NCBI GenBank assembly: GCA_020536535.1
Contig: JAHLWZ010000790.1
Span: forward strand, 248,001-312,000
Reading direction: 5' to 3'
Origin: Pelomyxa schiedti
Taxonomy: Eukaryota > Protista > Evosea
Length of the DNA: 64,000 bases
Both the position numbers and the translations under genes were made by a program. This document shows positions 40,761-51,717 of this stretch, in pieces (within the stretch, counting starts at the first letter, position 1; every line of letters starts with the position of its first letter). The notes beneath the pieces are model-generated. The model had not been told where the DNA came from. It did not search any database and saw only the letters and a list, made by a program, of their open reading frames with translations.

Positions 40761-42742
40761 ATGTCGGCACAGCCACCGACCACCACGACCGCAGCAGCTA
40801 CATCCTCAGTGAGTGACACAAGATCTGGGTGGAACTCGTGTTCATGTGCCTGGCACCTGGTACGCATCCCGCCGTTACTGCTGCCACCCGGATCTGCGAC
40901 AGTCGGCGGTGTTAACAATGGTGGCGGTGTTGGCGGCGGCGGCGAGGGGAACGTCGCGCCGTGCGAAGTGCCTGCGATGATACACCTCGCGAATGGCGAC
41001 GTCACTGTGGGCAGGCTGGTGACGAACACTGTCATGATTAACAGCCCCGTCATTTCTCGAAACCACGCGATTTTCCGCCCTGTGGTACTTATTCCGTACA
41101 TAACTTTTTTTTCCCCTTCTGCAGTTCTTTCTTTGTTTAACAAGCCTCTTGTGCTTCCTCTTAGCCGAGTGCTGATGGTACAATCACTTGGAGAGTAACT
41201 GACCTCAAAAGTTCGAACGGCATTCATGTCAATGAGACGAAGATCGCTAAAGAGACGCCACTTCACGCCGGGGATGTTGTAGCTCTTGGAATGGATGATC
41301 AGTACAAGTATCGGCTTACCAGAAGGCCTAGTTCAGCAGTTATTTCCTCTGCAGCTGTTCCTCATTCAGGTGAAGCTGTGGGCACTGATAATGAAGGTAC
41401 AACACTGTATGCTGATTCCCATTAACCGTTTACAAGATGCCAAACCACATCAACCTGTAACCAAAAGACCTCGATGTCAAGTTTTGAACGAGGCACCACC
41501 TCTACAACACCCCCAAAACTACCAACAGCAACCCCCACCGCAACCAGCATTTCCACCCCTCCAGCGAGTATATTTCCCACCTCCACAACCTTCACCTTCA
41601 CCACTCGTACAACCTACACCTCCGACTAATACGTTCAAAATAGCACCACCAGCATTCTGGGTACCCCCCAAAGATCCCCCTCTACCATACCACCCCCCAA
41701 GAGAACCAATTGTTCCCCCACCTATTTCCACTACACCCATGAATAGTTTACCTCCAGTTTTCAGCACCATAAATTGTATACCTTCTACGTCCACACCTAA
41801 ACCTGACGTTCCTATGCCAGTAGCACAACCTTCCACACACTCCGCTTGTGCACCTCAATCTTCATCAAATCATACATCCACATTGCCAAACGCTGTCCAA
41901 GAAGAGTTTACATGTACAATCTGCCAGCAAATTTTCGATGATCCCTGCACTCTCGAGTGTGGTCATAGGTAAGACGTTTCTAACTTTTGTACATATGAAG
42001 TCTTTCGCTGGTTCTCATAACTAATAGCTTTTGCATGAAATGCATCACCACATGGAAAAGAAAGCAGCCACTGTGTCCCATGTGCAGAACCAAAGTAGTT
42101 ACAGCACACCATTTGAAATACTCACTACAAACTAGATAACAACGAAACTTAGGCAAACAATTGCCCTTAAGAATACTATTGAGCTTCTAAGAAAAACAGG
42201 CCAACTCCCACGTATTTCTTACATAAGATTGGCAGTCGAATTTACCTGCACAATAGCAAAAAATGAACCTGCTACAACGTGGGAATTTTCTCTTGAAAGT
42301 CCTTATACAAAACCAAGCATGGTGAAAGGCACCATTGTTTTTGGGGAACCTCACAATCCTCTCCCACTTCGTATTGTTTTGGATAACCGAGTTGCTACTG
42401 CATCACTTCTTACGTAAATTGCATTCATCTCAAGTAAAGAATTAATCAGCTGTCAAGTTACTTTCAACAAGTGCTTGGGCAGGCCACGCAAAAATTATCT
42501 GTCTGGAATCTACTTCCACTGACTGCCCCAGAGGAGGAGCATTTCCAGGATTTAATGGCATATTACTGTTCTCTAAACAGGTACTTCACACGTGGCTCTT
42601 GCCTTTTTTTAAAAAAAACCAAACAACCAGGTCGGCGTGTGTCAAAATTCTACAAACGGACTTTTATGTTGTACCGTTCTTGGACCTGGGAAATGATTGG
42701 TACAAGTTCTTTGTTTCTCTGGACCAGAGGTGGTTGTGCTAA
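40761..42742 (+). CDS. FHA + RING E3 ligase (CHFR/RNF8-like) with a possible C-terminal SPOC-like domain
   Basis: FHA: VTVGR..ISRNHA..DLKSSNGIHVN..LHAGDVV. RING: CTICQQIFDDPCTLECGH|SFCMKC..CPMCR. C-terminus: LPLRIVLDNRV..HFQDLMAYY..RVGV..DFYVVP. 3' end approximate. Confidence 0.8.
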
Positions 42743-42937
42743 TCTTTTTATCGCACCTGACCTTCTCACAAAAACTAAAGACTGGAGAAGTTCCGCGCTC
42801 CTGCTATCTTCCTCTTTGTGATAAGCCCAGCAACCCCGTGATACTCGCCCTAAAACCAAGACACACATTAATAAAGAAGAATCCTTCCTTCTCTTTGCCT
42901 TATATTTCTTGTTCCTATTTTCTGGTATGTCACAGTG

Positions 42938-44131
42938 TCAATCAAACATAGCTACAGCCCCACCGAGAGGAATGACGTTAAGCAGAACCAGACATGGTGG
43001 CACACAGTGCACACCCACAGACCAAACTCCCAGAGCGGCTTCGCAGCCAACCTTTGACACACCCACATCACCCTTTCCCCTCTGCTGAGCCGGTTCAGGG
43101 TCCCCGGTATTTAGCAGGAGAACCAGCCGGTTTGGTTCTGGCAGGCAAGCGTAGGCAATGTGGTACTTGGTCCAGTCGATTCCAGGCAGCCTGTGGAGCG
43201 CCAGCTTCCATTGGAGGGACTCGGTGTTGCCTAGGTGGTGCAGGAAGAAGCAGCCGGGAGTTTTGGTGCAGGAAAGCAGCAGCCTCCCGCGGCACCCCCT
43301 GATGCTATCATCTTCTTCTTCGTGGGAGGAATGGGGGTGGAGCTTGGAAGAAGAATCCCATAGGAGGAGAGGAGAGGTGGAAGACAGGGACGGCGGGGTG
43401 GTTGTGACAAAGTCCCACAGATGTAAGCTGCCTTTTTCTATCAGCAGGAGGTGTTTGGGTTCCAGGAGGGAGAAAGCAGAGAGTGGCCTCGAGCTGCGGA
43501 TGTGCCAGAGTGGGTTGGCCTCTCCTTCCTCGCTCAGGTCAATGCACACAACGCCGATTTTGGAGAGTACAAGGCATTGGGAGTTGCGGCACAGTAATAG
43601 TTGTTGTATGGTACTACTAGAGGAAGAAGGCACCTCGATGCTCTTTGATACTTTTGGATTCTTGAGGCGGCACCATGTCAGCTGAGCCCCGCTCTTACAG
43701 CATAATACTGTGTCCTGGTTGCAAGCCAGCAGGAGTATTGTGTGTGCTTTGATCAATTCTACATATGCTCCGCTCGAGGTGTTCAGTGCTCCTACGGAAT
43801 TCATGGAGCCAGCATGTACAATCAATGTTTGTTCATTGAGGAATCTGGCAAGAGAAATTTTCCCAAGTTGTGGAACGTGCACGACATGCACTATTCTGCA
43901 TTGTGCTATGTTCAGTATCTGTATACTTGTGCCTTTGTGTGTGTGGACAAGAACTGCCACAAGTGAACTGGGCAGATAAAAATAGATTCTACGGAGATCA
44001 TTCTGTGTTAGGTGTTGCACGGGACTTGATGCACCAATTCGTGGATGGAGACCCAATGCCAAAGTTTTAATTTCTTCAGTACCATGTGAAATGGGAAGTG
44101 GGTAATAGAGGGGTGTACTCTGACGAGACAT
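42938..44131 (-). CDS. Intronless hypothetical protein with an N-terminal 'LGLHPRIGASSP..L..I' F-box-like motif and a probable beta-propeller
   Basis: Uninterrupted 397-aa ORF. Beta-strand-rich repeats with LHLWDF and LLLWD. Confidence 0.7.
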   Translation of the reverse strand: MSRQSTPLYYPLPISHGTEEIKTLALGLHPRIGASSPVQHLTQNDLRRIYFYLPSSLVAVLVHTHKGTSIQILNIAQCRIVHVVHVPQLGKISLARFLNEQTLIVHAGSMNSVGALNTSSGAYVELIKAHTILLLACNQDTVLCCKSGAQLTWCRLKNPKVSKSIEVPSSSSSTIQQLLLCRNSQCLVLSKIGVVCIDLSEEGEANPLWHIRSSRPLSAFSLLEPKHLLLIEKGSLHLWDFVTTTPPSLSSTSPLLLWDSSSKLHPHSSHEEEDDSIRGCRGRLLLSCTKTPGCFFLHHLGNTESLQWKLALHRLPGIDWTKYHIAYACLPEPNRLVLLLNTGDPEPAQQRGKGDVGVSKVGCEAALGVWSVGVHCVPPCLVLLNVIPLGGAVAMFD

Positions 44132-44171
44132 TATGTTCCTTATCTATAGTTAGAAGAGTAAGAGTTAAGGC

Positions 44172-44830
44172 TCAAGCTTCTGGGCATTCTACGCACACAA
44201 TCGGGTAAGGGACAAGTTTTTCCTGTAGGAAATGTGTCTTTGTTTGCAAGCCAAAAATAATATGGCCTGTTAAACCGCAGTGGCTGTGGGTGGCTGGAGT
44301 TTGACAGAATTGCAACAACACAGAACTGGCCAACTGAAAGTAGCTGTTAAGCACCAGTTAGGCAGAGAAGGAAATTGGTGTTGACTGGGTACCACATATC
44401 CTAATACAGAATTCAAAAAAGTTCGATGTATGTTTCTCCCTTGAATAAATAAATAAATAAATTAAAAAAAAACCCCCAGTCAGTACAATCACAGTGTTGT
44501 GGGAAGTACATACCATTTAACGACGAAATGCCACTGGGCCAATTATATTCCCACGCATAGAACATGACATCCTACGGAATCATTTAACGAGAGAATAAAA
44601 GCACTGCGCACTTGTCACATGGCACGGTCTCAAAAAACACGCGTATAGAACCTGAGCGACACTGTACGAGTACGCAGACATAAGAGCTGTGAAGTCGTCA
44701 TCTGCCACACCTCGTGTGGAGTAGAGCCCCTGAGTCCTCATCGTGACCTCGACCAGCTCCATCCTTAAATCAACGAAAGTTGGTTGTTGAGCCAGAGGAC
44801 AAAACGGAAGTCACCCCTTTTCCAGCATGG
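44172..44830 (-). CDS. Possible small multi-exon hypothetical protein
   Basis: Exon-like segments MELVEVTMRTQG...SVAQ|DVMFYAWEYNWPSG bounded by GT/AG. No homology recognised. Confidence 0.3.
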
Positions 44831-44962
44831 TGGAGAGGAGTGAGCCTGACAGCAACAACCCCACCTCTGCCTCTTTCAGCTGGATGGTTTTATTCTCAGC
44901 GGGACTGAAGCAGCAAGCAGAACTGTGTCGCAATTTTCTGCTCAACAGGAAAAACCGGCGAA

Positions 44963-45278
44963 ATGAGTAACGCCGAAACCAGCGCGGCCACGGCCAACGA
45001 GACGGGGTCGCCGTCTACGCCGAACTCGGACGCGTCACACACCAGCAGGAAGCACAGGCACTCCACGTCTCCACATCGGCACCGCCACTCGCCCTCCCCC
45101 CCGTCAGCCACAACCACGACCAGCACAGCGCAAGACGACGAGGCCACCGCCGCAGCAGCAGCTGTGGCTCTGACCCTGACCCTGGGCGACGCCGCGCAGC
45201 CGAAGATATCGACGGCAGCGGCCACAGACGACACAGCCACCACCACCACAAACACGGGGGCAGCGGCGTCGTCTCCGC

Positions 45279-45324
<46 letters not shown>

Positions 45325-48300
45325 GCACCGGCACCGGCACAGCCACCACCACAAACACAGCGGGAACCAGGAGGGCGAGGGACTGGTTGGGGAAGAGAAA
45401 AACAGCAGCGGGGCAGGGGCAGGGGCTGGGACTGGGACTGGGACTGGAACTGGGACGGGGGCAGAGGAGCCCGCCGCTGGGCCTGGGGGGGTGAAGAAGG
45501 TGGATGGGGGGAGGCAATCTCCTTCTCATGGTAATGCGAATTCCGCGACAGAGGCTTCTTCTGTCTCTGGCGTTGTTTTGTCATCGGCGAGTGCTGCATC
45601 TGCTCCCGCGCCACAATCTACGACTCCGACTCCGACTCCGGCCACTGCTTCTGCTGCTTCATCACCTACGCCTGATCGCATAGCAGATTCAGACAGCAAG
45701 GCAGGCGTTGCTTGTGATAGCCCAAAGTCGAAATCTTCCACCAAGAGTAGCAGCGCTGATTTGGCGAAGTCTTCCCCAGTGGCTTCACCTGCAGTATCAC
45801 CCAAAGCAAATAATGGGACAGCCTCTAAGGCTCACTCGGCTGCTGCCCTGAAGTCTCCCGTTGTACCTCGCATTGAGACACTCAGTGGGGCCTTTACTGT
45901 CACAGTTGTTGAAGCCCGCGACCTAGGAATACTCACGAGAAAACCTGTCACTGGTTCGAGTAGCCCCGCCCAAAAATTTAGTGCCTTCTGTGATGTTCTC
46001 CTTCTTGACGAAAAAGGGTGCAAAATTAGAAAGAAATCAACGAAAGTCAACAAGGTACATGGTACCACAACACATTGATACTTACCTCTAAAGTCCGCGA
46101 CCCCAAATTGGTCTGAAACGGTATCTTTTGCTGTACATGGCTCTGCAGAAGCTGGTATTTCTGTTGTGTGCTGGGATCACCACAACTTTCACAGAAACAA
46201 TAATATTGGCATTGTTACCCTCAAATTTTCGATAGCAAAGTGACTTCTATTTTAGCTTCGATTAATGTACTCATTCATACAAAAATAGGCTAATTGGGAG
46301 CCCAATTGATAATTGGTTTCAATTAAAATCTAGACAAGATCTCACTGCTGTGAATGGAGAAGTCCACCTTTTAATCAAATTTACACCACGTGCAGTGAAG
46401 TCCTCAAGCACAACACCCACTCCAGTAAGTACTTCTTCAACAACTGCTTCATCCATTCCGAACCACACACCAGAGCAAGGCAGGCCCTCTGAGCATTGCT
46501 CAGGTTGGAAACCTTTACCTCTTTTGTTTTAGTATTCTTCTAATGAGAGAAAGCTCTCAAGGCATCATCACATTGGGCTGCAAAAGACCATCAATTACAG
46601 GTATTTTTTCTCGTTGTACTCTCTTTTTTTAATATTCCAGCCAGGATTCTCCCTTTGTTGTCGTTGATGAAGATGAAGTGACAGAAGATGACGATGAGGA
46701 GAATGGCACTGAATTTCAGCCGTCCTTGACCTCACCAACCACAACCACTGCAGCTTCCATTCCAACCCAACCTCAGCGTACTTCTGTTGTCCCAATATTA
46801 CGTCAGCAGATGTCAGAGATTTCAGAGATTAGCCGCAAAACCAAGAATTCGTTAATAAAGGGAATTGAGAGGGAAGACCAGAACATTGTACTCACTTTGG
46901 GTTTGCCAGGTCAGTTTATTTCCACCAGTAGCACATCTCACTATTCAACTAGGGACAAAGGTCTCTGAATCAGCAACTATAATTATACCTGATGACTTTC
47001 CAAAGGGTGAGTGTTATTTATTTGGCTCCGATGGTTGCAAGTAAGAACAGCAAGCGCGCAACAACAGCTAATTTCCTCTAAGGTCCCTTGGTTCCGGGAG
47101 TCTCTTTGTGATACTTAACAGAATTCTCCATGTTTGGGCAAGGGTAAGCACTATGACCACTGCTTCTTTCTCGTAACACCATCAGGCAAATGGAGTGGAG
47201 CCATCACCTATGTTTTCCTCGCAAGCGTCATTAAAACTCTCTGTACTTAACCTGAAAGACTCTGTAGATATGGGGGCTGGTATCTAGTTTGGTTTGCTAC
47301 ATTGATCTAATACTCTCAGTTGAGGGTGTTTCATATGATGAAATTTTCGCTGAAGAATCTTTCCAAGATGCCCTAGACTATCTTGCTTTGGTGGAGCATT
47401 CTCTCCCAGCATCCATCACTTTTGCTTCCCATGTTATTGACACTTCAATCTTTGGTATGCTTAGTCTTTCTTCCATAGTTTCTCCCGCAAACATCACTGA
47501 AGTTAGGTGTGGATTTGATCCATCTTTTCTTGACCACTCTACTGCCAGTGCTTGGGGGATCATCTATTCTAAACTAATTGTTATTGAACTACAACTTCAA
47601 CCTCCGCTGTACTTTAACACCACTGCAGTTCCACGCTATCAAGTTGCGTTAGCATAGTCTTTCACTCTGGACTTACTTCATTTAGGAGTACCAATCGTCA
47701 CTGGCCAACAAATCAGCCTCCAGAATTGATGATGTTTGCAGTTTTGGTCTAAAATGGTGTGCGGAAGCATCACTCATCCCTCTATGAACTAATTCATCTT
47801 AGGTTCTTGCACAACAGACTCGAAGCTTTCTTCGTGAGCCCAAACTGGCCCACAAGCAAGAGACCAACATTTTTTGTTGATTTAGTGGAATTTTGTACTG
47901 ATAAGATTAAGAATTGTATGTATCCTTTCAGTTGTAACTTTCTTACAGAATGGAAGGTACTGAGAATTGCATGATATGTAACAAGCCTTTACCAATGCAA
48001 ATGTTAAAACCATCTGTATGTAGTAGCAATTTGTATGTAAACGTTGTAACACATCATGGGAGTGGGATGGAGGTGGCATGTAAATTCTTTCCATTTCTCA
48101 AAGTCGTTAGATGCACTTTCAGCCACATGCAGTACGGTCTGGGTGAGGACTGTGCTGCTGAAGTAAAGTAGCAATGCACTTTTCAACCTTTAACCGTTGC
48201 TTTCAGATACAGCACCATCCAGTAGAAACTGATCTACTAATAACCCTCACTTCGGCTGTTGCCATGGGCAGCGATCCAAAGGTTGTATAAGAGGATGTGC

Positions 48301-49672
48301 AATAGAAAATAAAGACCCTTACCCGATTCAGAGATTCATGCCATTCCCAACAGCCATTGAAGTGAATGTTATTGAAGATGGGGCAAAAAAGAAGTTGACA
48401 TTCCTGAATAGCTCTGGGGCCAATGATATTACACTGGTAAGGCAAGTAATTGAACTCATCCCACCAGTTGCAGACATGGCAAAATACCCCGATTCGGCAT
48501 CACTCAAAAAATTTTTGGATTTGTAAGTCCATAGAAACTAAGGAATTTTGCCAATTCATCAATAGAAAGCATCCACTGTGCTACTCATTACTTCAGTGGA
48601 TTTTAACGAGTAATTTATCCCATGTGCGCCTGATGTCAGATGAACAGATGGATCCCGCTCTGAAAACACCCTACCAATTCTTGCTTTTATCTGCACCACC
48701 AGGTTGATGAAAATTCGGATGCATCATACCAACTCTAACCCCATACACCTAGACCGAGAAAAGGAATTTAGAACCCTGGCAAAACAGCATGGATCTTTTT
48801 TTACTTTTCATGGTTCCATTGGCTTTTTCTAGCACCTTCTTTTGTTTATTTTTACTTAGGAAGTGGCTTGCTTAATTGGCATTCCATTCTTCGGTTTACA
48901 AAATTCTTTATTCCTTCTTACTTCCTAACTAAAAAACACAGAAATGGCCTGAAAAACTTTTCCAACACAGCATTTATGTCCACAGGGGCCGTGCATGGGT
49001 CGGGAATATACATGGTAGTGTATTCACATTGCCCACTCCAACACCTCCTGCTAACCAGTTCCCAGGGTTGTGACTGGAAAACAGCCAAGCAGTATTGCAA
49101 AGATGGTCCCGCCTGGTCCAACACAATGTTTTCACACCTCCCCACTGGCTCTTTGGTTTCGTCATTCACGGATTTCATAGACCCCTCATTGCGGGTTTCA
49201 GCTCACACTCCCCCCACAACCACAACTACAACTACAGCTTCTTCATCATCAACACCAACAGCATCCTCAACAACATCTCCAACTCCCTCTTCTTCTACTA
49301 CTGCACACGTGGCACCTCCTCCCCCAAAACCGGCAGTCAAAGTCAAAGTTGGTGGCAAAACCGATAAGTCTCCTTCTCCTGGGAAATACACCTGTTTGTG
49401 TATATGTGAAGTCATTGACAAGGGATACAAGCCGAAGGTACCTATTCTCACACTACCTCTCAGCCCTTCTCTGCAACTAACCAACCACTCTCTTTTTCAG
49501 CCCTTCTATGTTGTACCTGAAGGCAAGTACAAAAGACCTGTTATCCTTTTTCCTAAAACCCACTACAGAGAAACATGTTATGACAAGGGCGTTTTTATTG
49601 TATGGACCAGGAACTGCGTTCCCTACAAATGCACAGGCTTCTAATGTTAAACTAAAAAAAAGTGGGGTATAG
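44963..49672 (+). CDS. C2-domain-containing mono-ADP-ribosyltransferase of the PARP6/8/16 clade
   Basis: C2: FTVTVVEARDL..PNWSE..VVCWDH..IG..DNWFQL..GEVHLLI. Cys cluster CMICNKP..KPSVC..C. HPLCYSLLQWIL. Catalytic domain: FHG|SGLLNWHSILR|NGL..GAVHGSGIY..CICEVI..FYVVPE..VMTRAFL. Confidence 0.88.
45281..45322 (+). repeat. (GAGCAC)7 coding microsatellite encoding a His-Glu repeat, followed by His-Arg and Gly-Thr repeats
   Basis: Directly visible hexamer tandem; translates as EHEHEHEHEHEHEH then GHRHRHSHHH. Confidence 0.9.
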
Positions 49673-49711
49673 TACTGAACAACAGTTTGTTTAGTTTTCT
49701 TTTTAAGCTTC

Positions 49712-51068
49712 TCAAGGCTTTTTTTGTCTGAGGGCAACAACAGGCCACATAATTGGCCTTCTTTGTTGCAGTGCTGTATCGCACATCGCATCTAGTGTCT
49801 GTTGGAGTAGGTTGATTACAGTCTGCCGTGTGCCTCCATAAGGAGGGTGTTCTCTGGTGCCTGGGTGGGGTGAAGCCTCTGTTTTAGTTGTCTCGGTTGA
49901 AGTCTTGGTTGTTGGGTGATGTGGTAATGTAGTGTGGGATGGAAGAGAGTCCTGTGCAAATTCTTCCTCGTCCTCCATACTCAGTGGTTCTTGAAAACGA
50001 TGATAAGCTAAAAAAAAGAAAAAAAAAGCTTGGATGACAAACCTGTTGGGGGACCACATAATAGTACTGCTGCCTCTTCAGACAACTCTAATGTACACTC
50101 TTCGTCCTCCCCGCCCTCGCCTTCTTCCTCTTCCTCCCATTGCTCAGTTCCACAGTCTTCCCGTATGCCGCTTTCATCACCTTCGGCAGTGGCTGTATAG
50201 TTGTATCCATAACTCCCCCCTGTGTCAACAAAGGTAAGGTTATTTTCGGGGATTGGTTTGAAGCGTCGTTGTGTCGCCGTGGGGGGTCGATGACCACACC
50301 AGGAAGCGCCCATTGCGCAGCAGCCTGAGCCCAGCCCCCCTCCGCATTCCCCCCACTTGCACCACCACCACCACCTCCCCAGTAAGGCTCACTCCCCCAA
50401 TAATAAGGTGTCGGCGGCGACAACATCCACGGCGTGGCACCCAACTGCTGCTGCTGCTGCTGCTGCGGCGGCGGCGGCGGCGGCGGCTGGTTCCGCTGCA
50501 GCCACTCGAAATACGGTGGCGGGGCCGACGCGGGGGTGCAGCCACAGCCCCAGCCCCCACATCCACATCCACATCCCCCGCCCAAGCCGTGCCCCCCGAC
50601 GCTCCCCGTGCCGCTGCAGCACCGGGGGAGTGCCGCCCGCCCCCACCCCCCGCACGCGCACTCGCGCCCCCCTGTGGGTGCGGCACCACCGCCACTGCAC
50701 ACGCAGGGCGGCGGGCCCCTGCGCGCCTCGCAGCCGCACGCTTGGGGGGGTGGGAGAGGCTGGGGTGGCTGTTGTCGTTTTTGTAGTTGCTGGCGGCGCT
50801 TGGAGGGAGAGGACTGGCTGCGTTTGGTGTTGTCGTTGGGCTGGTGCTGGAAGTGAAGATTCCGGTGCGCTGTTGTTGGGGCGAGATTGTTGCTGCTGCT
50901 ATTGTTGTTGTTGCGTAGCCTGAGGCGTTTGTGGTGGTGTTGTGGTCGCTGCCGTTGACGCGACTGAAGCTCGTCGTCGTCCGGTATGTTGGTGTTGCCT
51001 GCGCGAGAACAGAGCCACGCACGAGCAAGCGACAAGGCGGCGCTGTCGTCGAAGTTTGATGAACACAT
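49712..51068 (-). CDS. Low-complexity protein with a Gemin8-like C-terminus
   Basis: Acidic tract, then LELSEEA, then C-terminal PYGG..VINLLQQTLDAMCD..RRPIMWPVVAL. This resembles the Gemin8 tail (LYG..IQAMEAA..FD..QPKYWPVIPL). Confidence 0.45.
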
Positions 51069-51717
51069 TTTTTCGTAATGTCTTCATCGCCCCTCTGAGA
51101 ATCCGTTGGAAGTCACACCCCTCGGAGAGGTTGCAAATGGGAGTAGGTCCACAAACGAACCCACCCACGAAGTGGGTCACTTTTGTTAAGACTCATCATT
51201 GGGTAGTACAAGTCCATTTTTGATCATAATTTCCGGATCTGGCTGTTGAATAAAATTATCAACAGACCGGAACGTTTTTTTATGTTCGCTGAGGATAGGA
51301 ATTTCTTATTCCCAGTGCCACTGGGGATAGAGGTGTTTTCTCTTCTTACAACCAGCAGACATGGACAAGGTATTCTTGGATACATACCTTGTTGAGTGTA
51401 ATGGTTTTCCATGGTATGATTTATCATGTGTATAATCCGGTTGTTTTCAGCAGTGATAAGTGTACAGTCAAATTGGAAGTGCAACCACTTTGAGTTTTTC
51501 GTGATGTTAGCAACTAGATCGTGATTAGAATTTTAGCTTCAGCCATCATTTCTTGAGTGGCTCAACCTCTTTATGACCAACAGCTCTCCAATGAAGAAAC
51601 TACAAATTACTGAACGGAAATTGGAAACCCACTTCGTTAAGAACTATCAAAAAAAAAGTCTATTTCTCTGAATTGACGAAGAAACAAAGACACCAGGGGA
51701 ACTTGTGTGGGTTTTAT

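Noticed and set aside
47916-47956. U12-like donor GTATCCTTT at 47920, and ATATCCTT on the minus strand near 11650
   Set aside because: Both lie inside introns whose reading frame is restored by an upstream GTATGT or GTGAGT donor. No convincing U12 intron was found.
45100-51000. Many overlapping long ORFs and short tandem repeats as a possible CRISPR array, mobile element or overprinted genes
   Set aside because: These are GC-rich coding microsatellites with few stop codons. There are no spacers, terminal repeats or transposase motifs.
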